DNA of 64,000 nt, taken from assembly GCA_021413885.1 (NCBI GenBank), contig JAIOPM010000013.1, forward strand, positions 1 through 64,000, written 5' to 3'. The stretch is from Planctomycetota bacterium (GTDB lineage: Bacteria > Planctomycetota > UBA1135 > GCA-002686595). The notes below the pieces were generated by a model, which saw only the letters and a program-made list of their open reading frames with translations, searched no databases and was not told the DNA's origin. A program made the translations under genes and the position numbers. Positions 27,563 through 35,728 of this stretch are shown piece by piece. Positions within the stretch are counted from its first letter, which is position 1. Every line of letters begins with the position of its first letter.

Positions 27563-28816
27563 ATGCATCGCCTTCCCGCCGTTCGGCTCGCGCCGCTCTT
27601 GCTCATCGTCGCGGCGTGCTCCTGCTCCGACGACGGCGCTCCCGGAACGACTTCCGGCGGCGCGACGTCGAGCCAGAAGGTCGACGACATCCGCAGCCTC
27701 GGCTACACCGGCGTCGTCGACGATCCGAGTGACGACAAGCGCGAAGGCGTGATCCTGAACGACGTCGCGCGCGTCGCGCCGGGCTACAACCTGACCAGCG
27801 TCTCGAAGTTCTGCACCGCGGACCTCTTCGACAACGCAGGCAAGCTCGTCCATCAGTGGAAGGACCCGAACGGCCGCGCGTGGGATCACGCCGAGCTCCT
27901 CGAGGGAGGCGACCTGATCGTCGTCGGCTCCGACCGCGGCGACCGCAAGTACGCCGGCGCGTTGTGCGAGGACCACTACGTCGAGCGCTTCGACTTCGAC
28001 GGCCACTCGAAGTGGAAGCTGCCGTCGCGCGCGCACCACGAGATCCAACCGATGTGGGGCGGCAACTTCATGACGCTGACGGCGAGCCAACGCAAGCTCC
28101 CCGCCGTCGACGCCGACCACGACATCATCGACAACGTGTTCACGGTGATCTCGGCCGACGGCAAGGTCGTCGAAGAGCACTCGCTCTACGACCTCTTCTC
28201 CAAGCCTGAATCGAAGTTCGTCTTCCAGAGGGTCGCGCCGAACCCGAACAAGCAGTTCCCGATCATCGATTACTTCCACACGAACTCGATCGAGTTCGTG
28301 ACCGACGCCGCGCTCTACGGAACGCATCCGATCTTCGCTCCGAAGAACATCCTCGTGTGCATGCGCCACCAGGACTCGATCGCGGTGGTCGACTGGGAAC
28401 GCAAGGTCGTGATCTGGCAGTGGGGGCACGGCGAACTCTCCGGCCCGCACGACGCGCGCGTGCTCGCGAACGGCCACATCCTCGTCTACGACAACGGCAT
28501 CGAGCGCTCGTGGACGCGCGTCGTCGAGATGGATCCCGCGACGGGCAAGATCGTGTGGACGTACTCCGATCCCGACAAGAAGAAGTTCTTCTCCGTCAGC
28601 CAGGGCGGGAGCCAACGCCTCGCGAACGGCAACACGTTGGTCGCCAACTCGAACGGCGGCCGCGCGTTCGAAGTGACGGCCGACGGCGCGAAGGTCTGGG
28701 AGTACTTGGTCCCGCACTTCACCGACAAGGGCCAGCGCGCGGAGATCTATCGGATCCGCCGCTATCCCGTCGAGTTCGTCGAGAAGCTGCTCGCCGCCCA
28801 CGCGCCGCCCAAGTAG
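27563..28816 (+). CDS. Arylsulfotransferase (ASST)-like beta-propeller lipoprotein
   Basis: Lipoprotein signal MHRLPAVRLAPLLLIVAACSC. ASST-like segments (..ILVYDNGIERSWTRVVEMDP..GKIVWTY..). The 993-aa track ORF 25835-28816 is a shadow frame except for this C-terminal part. Confidence 0.65.
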   Translation: MHRLPAVRLAPLLLIVAACSCSDDGAPGTTSGGATSSQKVDDIRSLGYTGVVDDPSDDKREGVILNDVARVAPGYNLTSVSKFCTADLFDNAGKLVHQWKDPNGRAWDHAELLEGGDLIVVGSDRGDRKYAGALCEDHYVERFDFDGHSKWKLPSRAHHEIQPMWGGNFMTLTASQRKLPAVDADHDIIDNVFTVISADGKVVEEHSLYDLFSKPESKFVFQRVAPNPNKQFPIIDYFHTNSIEFVTDAALYGTHPIFAPKNILVCMRHQDSIAVVDWERKVVIWQWGHGELSGPHDARVLANGHILVYDNGIERSWTRVVEMDPATGKIVWTYSDPDKKKFFSVSQGGSQRLANGNTLVANSNGGRAFEVTADGAKVWEYLVPHFTDKGQRAEIYRIRRYPVEFVEKLLAAHAPPK

Positions 28817-28856
28817 TCGACGCGCGCTCGCGCGGACTGCTAGCATTCGCGGAAGC

Positions 28857-30185
28857 ATGTCCCTCATCGAACCGCGCACGCTCAAAGGCTTCCGCGACTA
28901 TTTGCCGGAGGCGATGATCCCGCGCGAGCGGTTGATCGACACCGCGCGTCGCGTCTATCGCTCGTACGGCTTCGTCCCGATCGACACGCCGGCGCTCGAG
29001 TACGAGGAGATCCTCGCGGGCAAGGGCGGGACCGAGAGCGACAAGCAGATGTACCGCTTCGAGGACCACGGCGGTCGGCGCGTCGCGTTGCGCTTCGACC
29101 TGACGGTGCCGCTCGCGCGTTTCGTCGCGATGTACTCGAACGAGCTCGGGCTCCCGTTCAAGCGCTATCACATCGCGAGCGTCTGGCGCGGCGAGAACAC
29201 GCAGCGCGGTCGCTACCGCGAGTTCATGCAGTGCGACTTCGACACGATCGGCAGCGAGAACCTGACGAGCGACATCGAGACCGCGTTGGTGATCCACGAT
29301 CTGTTCAAGGCGCTCGGGCTGGAAGCGACGATCCACGTCAACAATCGCAGGCTCTTGAACGGCGTGCTCGCGCGCCTCGAGCTCGACGGGAAGTCCGCAG
29401 GGGTGCTGCGCGCGCTCGACAAGCTCGAGAAGGTCGGTCCCGAGAAGGTCACGGAAGAGCTGCAAACCCAAGCCGGCGCCACGCCCGCGCAAGTCCGCGA
29501 GATCCTTGCGCTCGCCGCCGTCACAGGCACGAACGACGAGATCCTGCGCCAGCTCGAGCCGTTGGTTGCGTCGAGCGAGCTCGGCCGCGACGGTCTCGCG
29601 CAGCTCCGCGAATTGATCGGCGCCGTCCGCGCCGTCGGCGTCGACGAGCAGCGCGTGCGCATCGACGTCTCGATCGCGCGCGGCCTCGACTACTACACCG
29701 GCACCGTCTTCGAGACGTCGCTCGACGCGTTGCCGTCGATCGGCAGCGTCTGCTCGGGCGGCCGCTACGACAACCTCGCGCAGCTCTACACGAAGGAGCG
29801 TCTGCCCGGCATCGGCGCGTCGCTCGGCCTCGATCGCTTGCTCGCGGCGATGGAGGAACTCGGTCTCGTCGAGAAACGCCGTACCGGCGCGAGCACCTTG
29901 CTCGTCCACTTCGACGAGGCCCGCCGCACCGACTACCTGCGTCTCGCCGCGCGCCTGCGCGCCGCCGGCGTCGGCGTCGAGTTCTATCCCGAGCCGAAGA
30001 AGCTGGGCAACCAACTGAAGTACGCCGACCGCCGCGGCTTCCGTTTCGCGATCGTCGCGGGCGACAACGAGTGGAAGAGCGGCCGTTGCCAGGTCAAGAC
30101 GCTCGCGACCGGCGCAACGATCGACGCGCCGATGTTCGACGCCGCAGGCGCGGCTCACCCCGAGCTCGTCGCGCTGCTCGCCTGA
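28857..30185 (+). CDS. hisS: Histidine--tRNA ligase
   Basis: 442 aa. Class II aaRS motifs, ..RGLDYYTGTVFE.., and HisRS anticodon-binding C-domain. Confidence 0.9.
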   Translation: MSLIEPRTLKGFRDYLPEAMIPRERLIDTARRVYRSYGFVPIDTPALEYEEILAGKGGTESDKQMYRFEDHGGRRVALRFDLTVPLARFVAMYSNELGLPFKRYHIASVWRGENTQRGRYREFMQCDFDTIGSENLTSDIETALVIHDLFKALGLEATIHVNNRRLLNGVLARLELDGKSAGVLRALDKLEKVGPEKVTEELQTQAGATPAQVREILALAAVTGTNDEILRQLEPLVASSELGRDGLAQLRELIGAVRAVGVDEQRVRIDVSIARGLDYYTGTVFETSLDALPSIGSVCSGGRYDNLAQLYTKERLPGIGASLGLDRLLAAMEELGLVEKRRTGASTLLVHFDEARRTDYLRLAARLRAAGVGVEFYPEPKKLGNQLKYADRRGFRFAIVAGDNEWKSGRCQVKTLATGATIDAPMFDAAGAAHPELVALLA

Positions 30186-30232
30186 AACGCAGAAGGCCGA
30201 GACCCGTTTCAGGCCTCGGCCGTCTCGTTCGT
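30185..30232. terminator. GC hairpin(s) between convergent hisS and hsp20; candidate bidirectional terminator
   Basis: GGCCGAG..CTCGGCC and GAAACG..CGTTTC complementary arms; weak U-tract. Confidence 0.35.
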
Positions 30233-30245
30233 CGCGGCGGCGGCT

Positions 30246-30620
30246 CTAGCCCGCGCGCACTTCGATCTTTTTTGGACCCGTGGTCTTCTTCGGAACGCGC
30301 ACGAGGAGCACGCCGTTCTTCGCCTCCGCGCTGATCGCGTCGGCGTCGACGCCTTCGGGGATCTTGAACGACCGCTCGAACGCGCCGGTGTCGAACTCGC
30401 GGTAGGCGAGTTCGAGTCCTTCGACCGCGAGCGCCGGCGCTTCGGCCGCGATCTTCAGCACGCCGCGTTCGAACTCGATCGCGACGGTCTTGGGATCGAC
30501 GCCGGGGAGCTCGAGCTCGAAGTGATACGCGTCGGCGGCTTCGCGGACGTCGGCGCGCGGCACTTGAACTTGAGCGTGACGTTGGCCGTTGGCGGGAGTG
30601 CAGTGAGTCGCTTGAGTCAT
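30246..30620 (-). CDS. Hsp20/alpha-crystallin family small heat-shock protein
   Basis: 124 aa. The alpha-crystallin domain pattern is present (..AYHFELELPGVDPKTVAIEFERGVLKI.., ..NGVLLVRVPK..). Confidence 0.8.
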   Translation of the reverse strand: MTQATHCTPANGQRHAQVQVPRADVREAADAYHFELELPGVDPKTVAIEFERGVLKIAAEAPALAVEGLELAYREFDTGAFERSFKIPEGVDADAISAEAKNGVLLVRVPKKTTGPKKIEVRAG

Positions 30621-30632
30621 GGCTTCGTTCCT

Positions 30633-31058
30633 TCAGCTCGGGTTCTTGACGGTGATCTTCTTCGCGCGTTCGGCGTGAGCGCGCGGCAAACGGATCCACA
30701 GCACGCCTTGGTCGAAGCGCGCTTCGACTTCGTCGCGTTCGGCGCGGAACGGCAACCGCAGGGCGCGCGTGAATTCGGTCTCGCCTCGCTCGCGCACGTG
30801 CCAACGCTCGCCTTCGACCGGCGCCTGCGCGGCGCGATTGCCTTGGATCGTCAGCACGTCGCCGTCGAGCGAAACGTCGACGTCCTCCGCGGCGAAGCCG
30901 GGCAAGCGCACGGCGACGCGCGCTTCGTCGTTGCTCGTCCACACGTCGACCGCGGGCTCGCGCTCGGCGGTGAACAGACGGTTCATCTCGCGCTCCAATC
31001 GTTGCATCCGCGCCAAGGGTTCGGCGCCCAACACGTTGATCCACGGGTTCAGCAGCAT
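30633..31058 (-). CDS. Hsp20/alpha-crystallin family small heat-shock protein
   Basis: Start at the ATG at complement of 31056-31058, preceded by the SD AAGGAGA. ..VAVRLPGFAAEDVDVSLDGDVLTIQG.. is the ACD. 12 nt upstream of the second hsp20 gene, so probably one operon. Confidence 0.8.
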   Translation of the reverse strand: MLLNPWINVLGAEPLARMQRLEREMNRLFTAEREPAVDVWTSNDEARVAVRLPGFAAEDVDVSLDGDVLTIQGNRAAQAPVEGERWHVRERGETEFTRALRLPFRAERDEVEARFDQGVLWIRLPRAHAERAKKITVKNPS

Positions 31059-31100
31059 GGGTTCTCCTTCAAGAGGGCCGCGTCGCGCGGCATGAGTTCG

Positions 31101-31116
31101 CGGCGGAGAATGCAAC
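31101..31116 (-). promoter_or_regulatory. Sigma-54 promoter TGGCAC-N5-TTGCA (-24/-12) upstream of the tandem hsp20 genes
   Basis: The reverse complement of 31101-31116 is TGGCACCGACGTTGCA, an exact consensus. The TSS is predicted about 30-40 nt upstream of the hsp20 ATG. Confidence 0.6.
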
Positions 31117-31184
31117 GTCGGTGCCAAAGCCCGACGACGTCGTGCGCGCCGATGGAGCGGCCTTCGTTCGCCGCATTCCGTCGT

Positions 31185-31205
31185 ATTGGCAGCAGCTCGG
31201 TGCCA
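31185..31205. promoter_or_regulatory. Inverted repeat TTGGCA-N9-TGCCAA about 85 bp upstream of the sigma-54 promoter. Candidate enhancer (UAS) for an enhancer-binding protein.
   Basis: Perfect 6-bp arms read directly. Position relative to the -24/-12 element is typical of EBP sites. Confidence 0.4.
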
Positions 31206-31282
31206 ATTCGACGCTCGAACCTCGACGCGATTCGCGCGCGCGCGCGTAGGCTGTTCGGCACGGGCTTTGTCCCTTCCATGTC

Positions 31283-32173
31283 GTGAAACTCGAGTTCCAG
31301 GATTACTACGCCGTGCTCGGCGTGCCGCGCGACGCGGCGCCAGAGGCGATCCGTTCCGCCTACCGCAAGCTCGCGCGGAAGCACCACCCCGACGTCGACA
31401 AGACCGCCGGCGCCACCGAGCGTTTCCAACGGATCAACGAAGCGCACGAGGTCCTGAAGGATCCGAAGAAGCGCGAGCGCTACGACCGGCTCGGCTCGCG
31501 TTGGAAGGAAGGCGAGGAGTTCGCGCCGCCGCCGGATTTCGATCCGGCGGAGTTCCAGTCGCGCGGCAACGGCTACGGCGACTTCGACGGCTTCAGCTCG
31601 TTCTTCGAGACGTTCTTCGGCGAGCACGGCGCGCCGCGGCCGCGCGGTCGCCGCGGGCGGCGCGCGCGCAACGTGCAGCTCGAGGTCGAGATCTCGCTCG
31701 AGGAAGTCCTGACCGGCGCGACGCGCACGATCGAACGGCGCGTCGGCACGACGAAGACTTCGAAGCGCGTGCAGATCCCGCCGGGAATCGTCGACGGACA
31801 GCCGCTGCAAGTTTCCGACGGCGAGAACGGCGAGAGCCTCTTGCTCTTCGTCCGCGTTGCGCCGCACCCGCGCTTCCGCGTGCAGGACTTCGACTTGGTC
31901 GCGGAGCTCGCGGTCACGCCGTGGGAAGCGGCGCTCGGCGCGCGCGTTCCGCTGCGTGCGCTCGACGGTTCCGAGCTCCAGGTGACGATCCAACCCGGCG
32001 TGCCGAGCGGGCGCGTGCTGCGTTTGCGCGGCCAAGGCTTGCCGCGCGGCGACGGTTTCCGCGGTGACTTGCACGCGCGCGTGCAGATCGTCGTGCCGAG
32101 CACGCTCTCGGCCGAAGAGCGCCGTCTCTTCGAGGAACTCGGCCGCGTCTCGCGCTTCGATCCGCGGCGCTGA
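31283..32173 (+). CDS. cbpA: DnaJ-domain protein, CbpA-like (J-domain plus DnaJ C-terminal domain, no zinc finger)
   Basis: J-domain DYYAVLGVPRDAAPEAIRSAYRKLARKHHPDV, C-terminal DnaJ_C-like beta domains, no CxxCxGxG repeats. The start is a GTG at 31283. Confidence 0.8.
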   Translation: MKLEFQDYYAVLGVPRDAAPEAIRSAYRKLARKHHPDVDKTAGATERFQRINEAHEVLKDPKKRERYDRLGSRWKEGEEFAPPPDFDPAEFQSRGNGYGDFDGFSSFFETFFGEHGAPRPRGRRGRRARNVQLEVEISLEEVLTGATRTIERRVGTTKTSKRVQIPPGIVDGQPLQVSDGENGESLLLFVRVAPHPRFRVQDFDLVAELAVTPWEAALGARVPLRALDGSELQVTIQPGVPSGRVLRLRGQGLPRGDGFRGDLHARVQIVVPSTLSAEERRLFEELGRVSRFDPRR

Positions 32174-32320
32174 GCGCGCGCGGACTGCAAGAGTCCGGTG
32201 AGCCGCTGGCGCGCGCGAGCACGACGCCGCACGCCGCCTTCCGACCTCCGCGCGCGACGGCTATCGTGTCGCCTCCGCGCGGCTCGAGTCGAGCCCGCGG
32301 CGATCCCACCGGAGCTCTCC

Positions 32321-34360
32321 ATGCGCACCGCTCGCCTTCGTTTCGTGCCGTTCGTCCTCGCGCTCGCGCCCGTCGCCCTCGCGCAGCAGACCAAGGTGCT
32401 CACGCCGCATCGCGTCGCCGAGTTGCGCGCGGTGACGACCGCCGCGATGTCGCCCGACGGCGCGCACGTCGCGTACACGGTGTCGGTGCCGCGCAAGCCG
32501 ATGGTCGACGAAGACGGGCCGAATTGGACCGAGCTGTGGGTGCTCGATCTGCCCGCCGCGACCGCGCGGCCGTTCGTCACCGGCAAGACCGACGTCGCGA
32601 GCGTGTCGTGGACGCCCGACGGAACCGGCCTCGCGTTCCTCGCGAAGCGCGGCGACGACAAGCAGAACTCGCTCTACGTCTTGCCGCTCGCCGGCGGTGA
32701 AGCGTTGCGCGTCGTCGGACACGCGACGGCGATCACCGCGTATTCGTTCGCCGCCGACGGCAAGCGTGTCGCGTTCGTCGCGAGCGATGCGCTCGACGCC
32801 GGGCGCAAGGCGGAACAGGACAAGGGCTTCAAGCAGGAGATCTACGAAGAGGATTTCGCGAAGGGTTGTTTGTGGATCGCGACGCAGGGCGACGGCGCGG
32901 CGAAGCCGACACAGATCGCTCTTCCCGGCTCGGCCAAGGATGTGAAGTGGTCGCCGGTCGGCGATCGTCTGCTCGTCGCGCAGAGTCCGACGCCGCTCGT
33001 CGACGACGAGATGATGCGCACGCGCGTTTCGATCGTCGATCTCGACGGGAAGACGCTCGCGAGCTTCGACAACCCCGGCAAGCTCGGCGCGATCGGTTGG
33101 AGCCCCGACGGTCTGCGCGTCGGCATGAACTCCGCCGCCGACATCCACGATCCGTCGGCCGGTCGTTTTCTGACCGCGCTCGCGAGCGGCGGCGCGTTGG
33201 TCGATCCGCTCCCGAATTACGCCGGCGACGTCGTCGCCAGCGCCTGGCAGAACGGCGACACCGTGATGTTCGTCGCCGCGCACGGCGTCGACTCCACGCT
33301 CGAGAAGCTCGACCTGACCGCCTCGACGCCGCCGAAGTCGATCGTCGCTTCCGGCGGTCCGATCCTGCAGTCGGTCAGCCTCTCGAAGAACGGTCAACAC
33401 GCCGCGTTCGTCGCGAGCACGCCCGCGCACCCGGCCGAAGTGTTCGTGATGAGCCACGGCGGCAAGTCGCCGCGCCGCGTCACAAACGTCAATCCGTGGC
33501 TCGACGAATATCGCCTCGCCAAGCAAGAGGTGGTGAAGTTCAAGGCGCGCGACGGGGTCGAGCTCGAAGGGCTCTTGATCCGTCCGCTCGATGAAAAAGC
33601 GGGCCAGCGCTACCCGCTGATCCTCTACGTCCACGGCGGACCCGAGTCGCACCACTCGAACAACTGGCTCACCAACTACGGCGACCCCGGCCAAGTCGCC
33701 GCCGCGCGCGGCTTCGCCGTCTTCCACATCAACTATCGCGGGAGCACCGGCTACGGCGTCGCGTTTGCGAAGTCGAGCCAAGGCGACGCCGCGGGCGCGG
33801 AGTTCGACGATCTCGTCGACGGCATCGATTCTCTTGTAGCGAGCGGCCTCGTCGACAAGGACAAGGTCGGCGTCACCGGCGGTTCGTACGGCGGCTACGC
33901 GACCGCGTGGCTCTCGACCGCGTACTCGAATCGCATCGCGGCGGGCGTGATGTTCGTCGGCATCAGCGACGCGCTCTCGAAAGTCGGCACCACCGATATC
34001 GCGGACGAGGAGTTCTACGTGCATTCGCTGCAACGTCCGTGGGAGCGTTGGCAAACGCTCCTCGAGCGCAGCCCGATCTGGTACGCGGGCAAGTCGAAGA
34101 CGCCGCTCCTGATCCTCGGCGGCAAGGACGATCCGCGCGTCGATCCGGGTCAGTCGCGCGAGCTCTACCGTCACCTCAAGCTGCGCGGCGGCGCGCCGGT
34201 GCGGCTCGTGCGCTATCCGGGCGAGCAACACGGCAACCGCAAGGCGTGCGCGAAGCTCGACTTCAACCTGCGCTGCATGCAGTGGTTCGAGCACCACCTG
34301 AAGGGTCCGGGCGGCGAGATGCCGGCGTGGGACCTCGACTACGAAGAGGCGAAGCAGTAG
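32321..34360 (+). CDS. Secreted S9 family serine peptidase (prolyl oligopeptidase / acylaminoacyl-peptidase type, beta-propeller plus alpha/beta-hydrolase)
   Basis: Signal peptide MRTARLRFVPFVLALAPVALAQ. Catalytic GGSYGGY nucleophile elbow. C-terminal ..DDPRV..HG.. region. Track ORF 32198-34360 with start moved to ATG 32321. Confidence 0.8.
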   Translation: MRTARLRFVPFVLALAPVALAQQTKVLTPHRVAELRAVTTAAMSPDGAHVAYTVSVPRKPMVDEDGPNWTELWVLDLPAATARPFVTGKTDVASVSWTPDGTGLAFLAKRGDDKQNSLYVLPLAGGEALRVVGHATAITAYSFAADGKRVAFVASDALDAGRKAEQDKGFKQEIYEEDFAKGCLWIATQGDGAAKPTQIALPGSAKDVKWSPVGDRLLVAQSPTPLVDDEMMRTRVSIVDLDGKTLASFDNPGKLGAIGWSPDGLRVGMNSAADIHDPSAGRFLTALASGGALVDPLPNYAGDVVASAWQNGDTVMFVAAHGVDSTLEKLDLTASTPPKSIVASGGPILQSVSLSKNGQHAAFVASTPAHPAEVFVMSHGGKSPRRVTNVNPWLDEYRLAKQEVVKFKARDGVELEGLLIRPLDEKAGQRYPLILYVHGGPESHHSNNWLTNYGDPGQVAAARGFAVFHINYRGSTGYGVAFAKSSQGDAAGAEFDDLVDGIDSLVASGLVDKDKVGVTGGSYGGYATAWLSTAYSNRIAAGVMFVGISDALSKVGTTDIADEEFYVHSLQRPWERWQTLLERSPIWYAGKSKTPLLILGGKDDPRVDPGQSRELYRHLKLRGGAPVRLVRYPGEQHGNRKACAKLDFNLRCMQWFEHHLKGPGGEMPAWDLDYEEAKQ

Positions 34361-34373
34361 CGCGGCGCGTGCG

Positions 34374-35630
34374 TCACCAACACGCGCGTTGGCCGAAGTA
34401 GTAGAGCTCGGCCCCGTTCGCGCCGGAGATCATCGAGATGCCGCCCGGCTCGAACGAGCCGCAGTAGTCGTCGGCCTCGCCGACGACGAAGTCGACTCGT
34501 CCATCGCGGTCGACATCGCCGACGCTCGCGACCGACTTGCCCTGGAACGCACACGGCCGAGTGGAGCGAAAGAGCTGCGCTCCCGTTCCGCCCGACAGCA
34601 GCGTCCACCCGCCCTCGATCCCGTGCCACATGTTGCCGTAGTGGCCCACGATCAGCTCGCGAAGTCCGTCACCATCGAGGTCGGGACTACTCGCGAGCGA
34701 GTACCCGAACAGGCTCAGGTATCGATCGTCGTAGCGGCGAATGCTCTCGCCTGTTCCACCGGAAAAGACCTCGACGCGTCCAGGCACCGCTGCTCCCGTT
34801 CCCGCACCGTCGAAGATCCCGACCGCGAGATCATCGACGCCGTCGCGATCGATGTCGCCCGCGTCACAGAGCGAGACGTCGATTTCGCCGCTCGCGATCT
34901 CGACGACGATCGTGCGGACTTCGCGGCACGTTCGCGGCGAGAGTATGTGCAAGAGCTTCCGCCGAGTGTCGCTGCACGACTCGGTCACGACCAGTTCGCG
35001 CGTTCCGTCTCCATCGACATCGCCGAGAGCCCCGAGCACGTAACCGAGAAACGCGCTCTCGAGTCCGTTCGCCATCGCGATCAAGGTTCCGGTCCGGCCG
35101 GAGTGAACACGCACTCGACCGGCGAACTCCGCGTTGACGTTCTCGAACGGCGTTGCGATGGCGAAGTCCGGCACGGAGTCCGCGTCGATGTCGCCGAGGG
35201 CGACCACGTTCGACGTCTTGATCCCTTCGATCCCTTGAGGCGGTGAGCTGAAAAGCGTCGTCCCCGTCGCGGTGGAGACGACTCTCGCTCCGGCGTGCCA
35301 CGATCCGACGATCAAGTCGCAGATACCGTCGCCGTCGACATCACCAACCGCATCGAGCGACGTCCCGAAGAGTCCGTCACCTGGGATCCAGCGCACGAGG
35401 CGCCCGCTCACGCCCGAGATGACGCGCACGGAGCCCCATGGATTCCGCGAACCTTCGGACCGCCAGGTTTGCGTCGGCGCGCTCACCGCGAAATCGTCGA
35501 CGCCGTCGCAGTCGACGTCTCCGAGCCCGCAGGTCGCCCAGCCCAGGCCGTTGACCTCCGTCTGTGCTCGGACGACCGGAACGACGGCGAGCAGGAAGAC
35601 GATCATCAGGGCCATGCGCGTGCGCGTCAT
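34374..35630 (-). CDS. Secreted FG-GAP repeat (integrin-alpha N-terminal-like) protein
   Basis: Signal MTRTRMALMIVFLLAVVPVVRAQ. Repeated ..GDVDGDG..DL..G.. FG-GAP motifs. Confidence 0.7.
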   Translation of the reverse strand: MTRTRMALMIVFLLAVVPVVRAQTEVNGLGWATCGLGDVDCDGVDDFAVSAPTQTWRSEGSRNPWGSVRVISGVSGRLVRWIPGDGLFGTSLDAVGDVDGDGICDLIVGSWHAGARVVSTATGTTLFSSPPQGIEGIKTSNVVALGDIDADSVPDFAIATPFENVNAEFAGRVRVHSGRTGTLIAMANGLESAFLGYVLGALGDVDGDGTRELVVTESCSDTRRKLLHILSPRTCREVRTIVVEIASGEIDVSLCDAGDIDRDGVDDLAVGIFDGAGTGAAVPGRVEVFSGGTGESIRRYDDRYLSLFGYSLASSPDLDGDGLRELIVGHYGNMWHGIEGGWTLLSGGTGAQLFRSTRPCAFQGKSVASVGDVDRDGRVDFVVGEADDYCGSFEPGGISMISGANGAELYYFGQRACW

Positions 35631-35728
35631 GCCGTCCACTTGGCGCGGCGCCACGGAACGCAACGGGGAATCGCGCGCCGACGCGGACCGTGCTCGACGC
35701 TCGCGGGCGCTTCCCGTTGAATGAGCGC

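Noticed and set aside
25835-28816. 993-aa plus-strand ORF spanning the radical SAM and ASST genes
   Set aside because: The first two-thirds are an Arg-rich alternative frame of the radical SAM gene. Only the last 417 aa, from ATG 27563 with a lipoprotein signal, have protein-like composition.
31255-31269. Plus-strand sigma-54-like CGGCAC-N5-TTGTC before the cbpA-like gene
   Set aside because: The -12 GC dinucleotide is not conserved (TTGT instead of TTGC), and the -24 has C instead of T at the first position. Too degenerate to call, but mentioned under the hsp20 finding.
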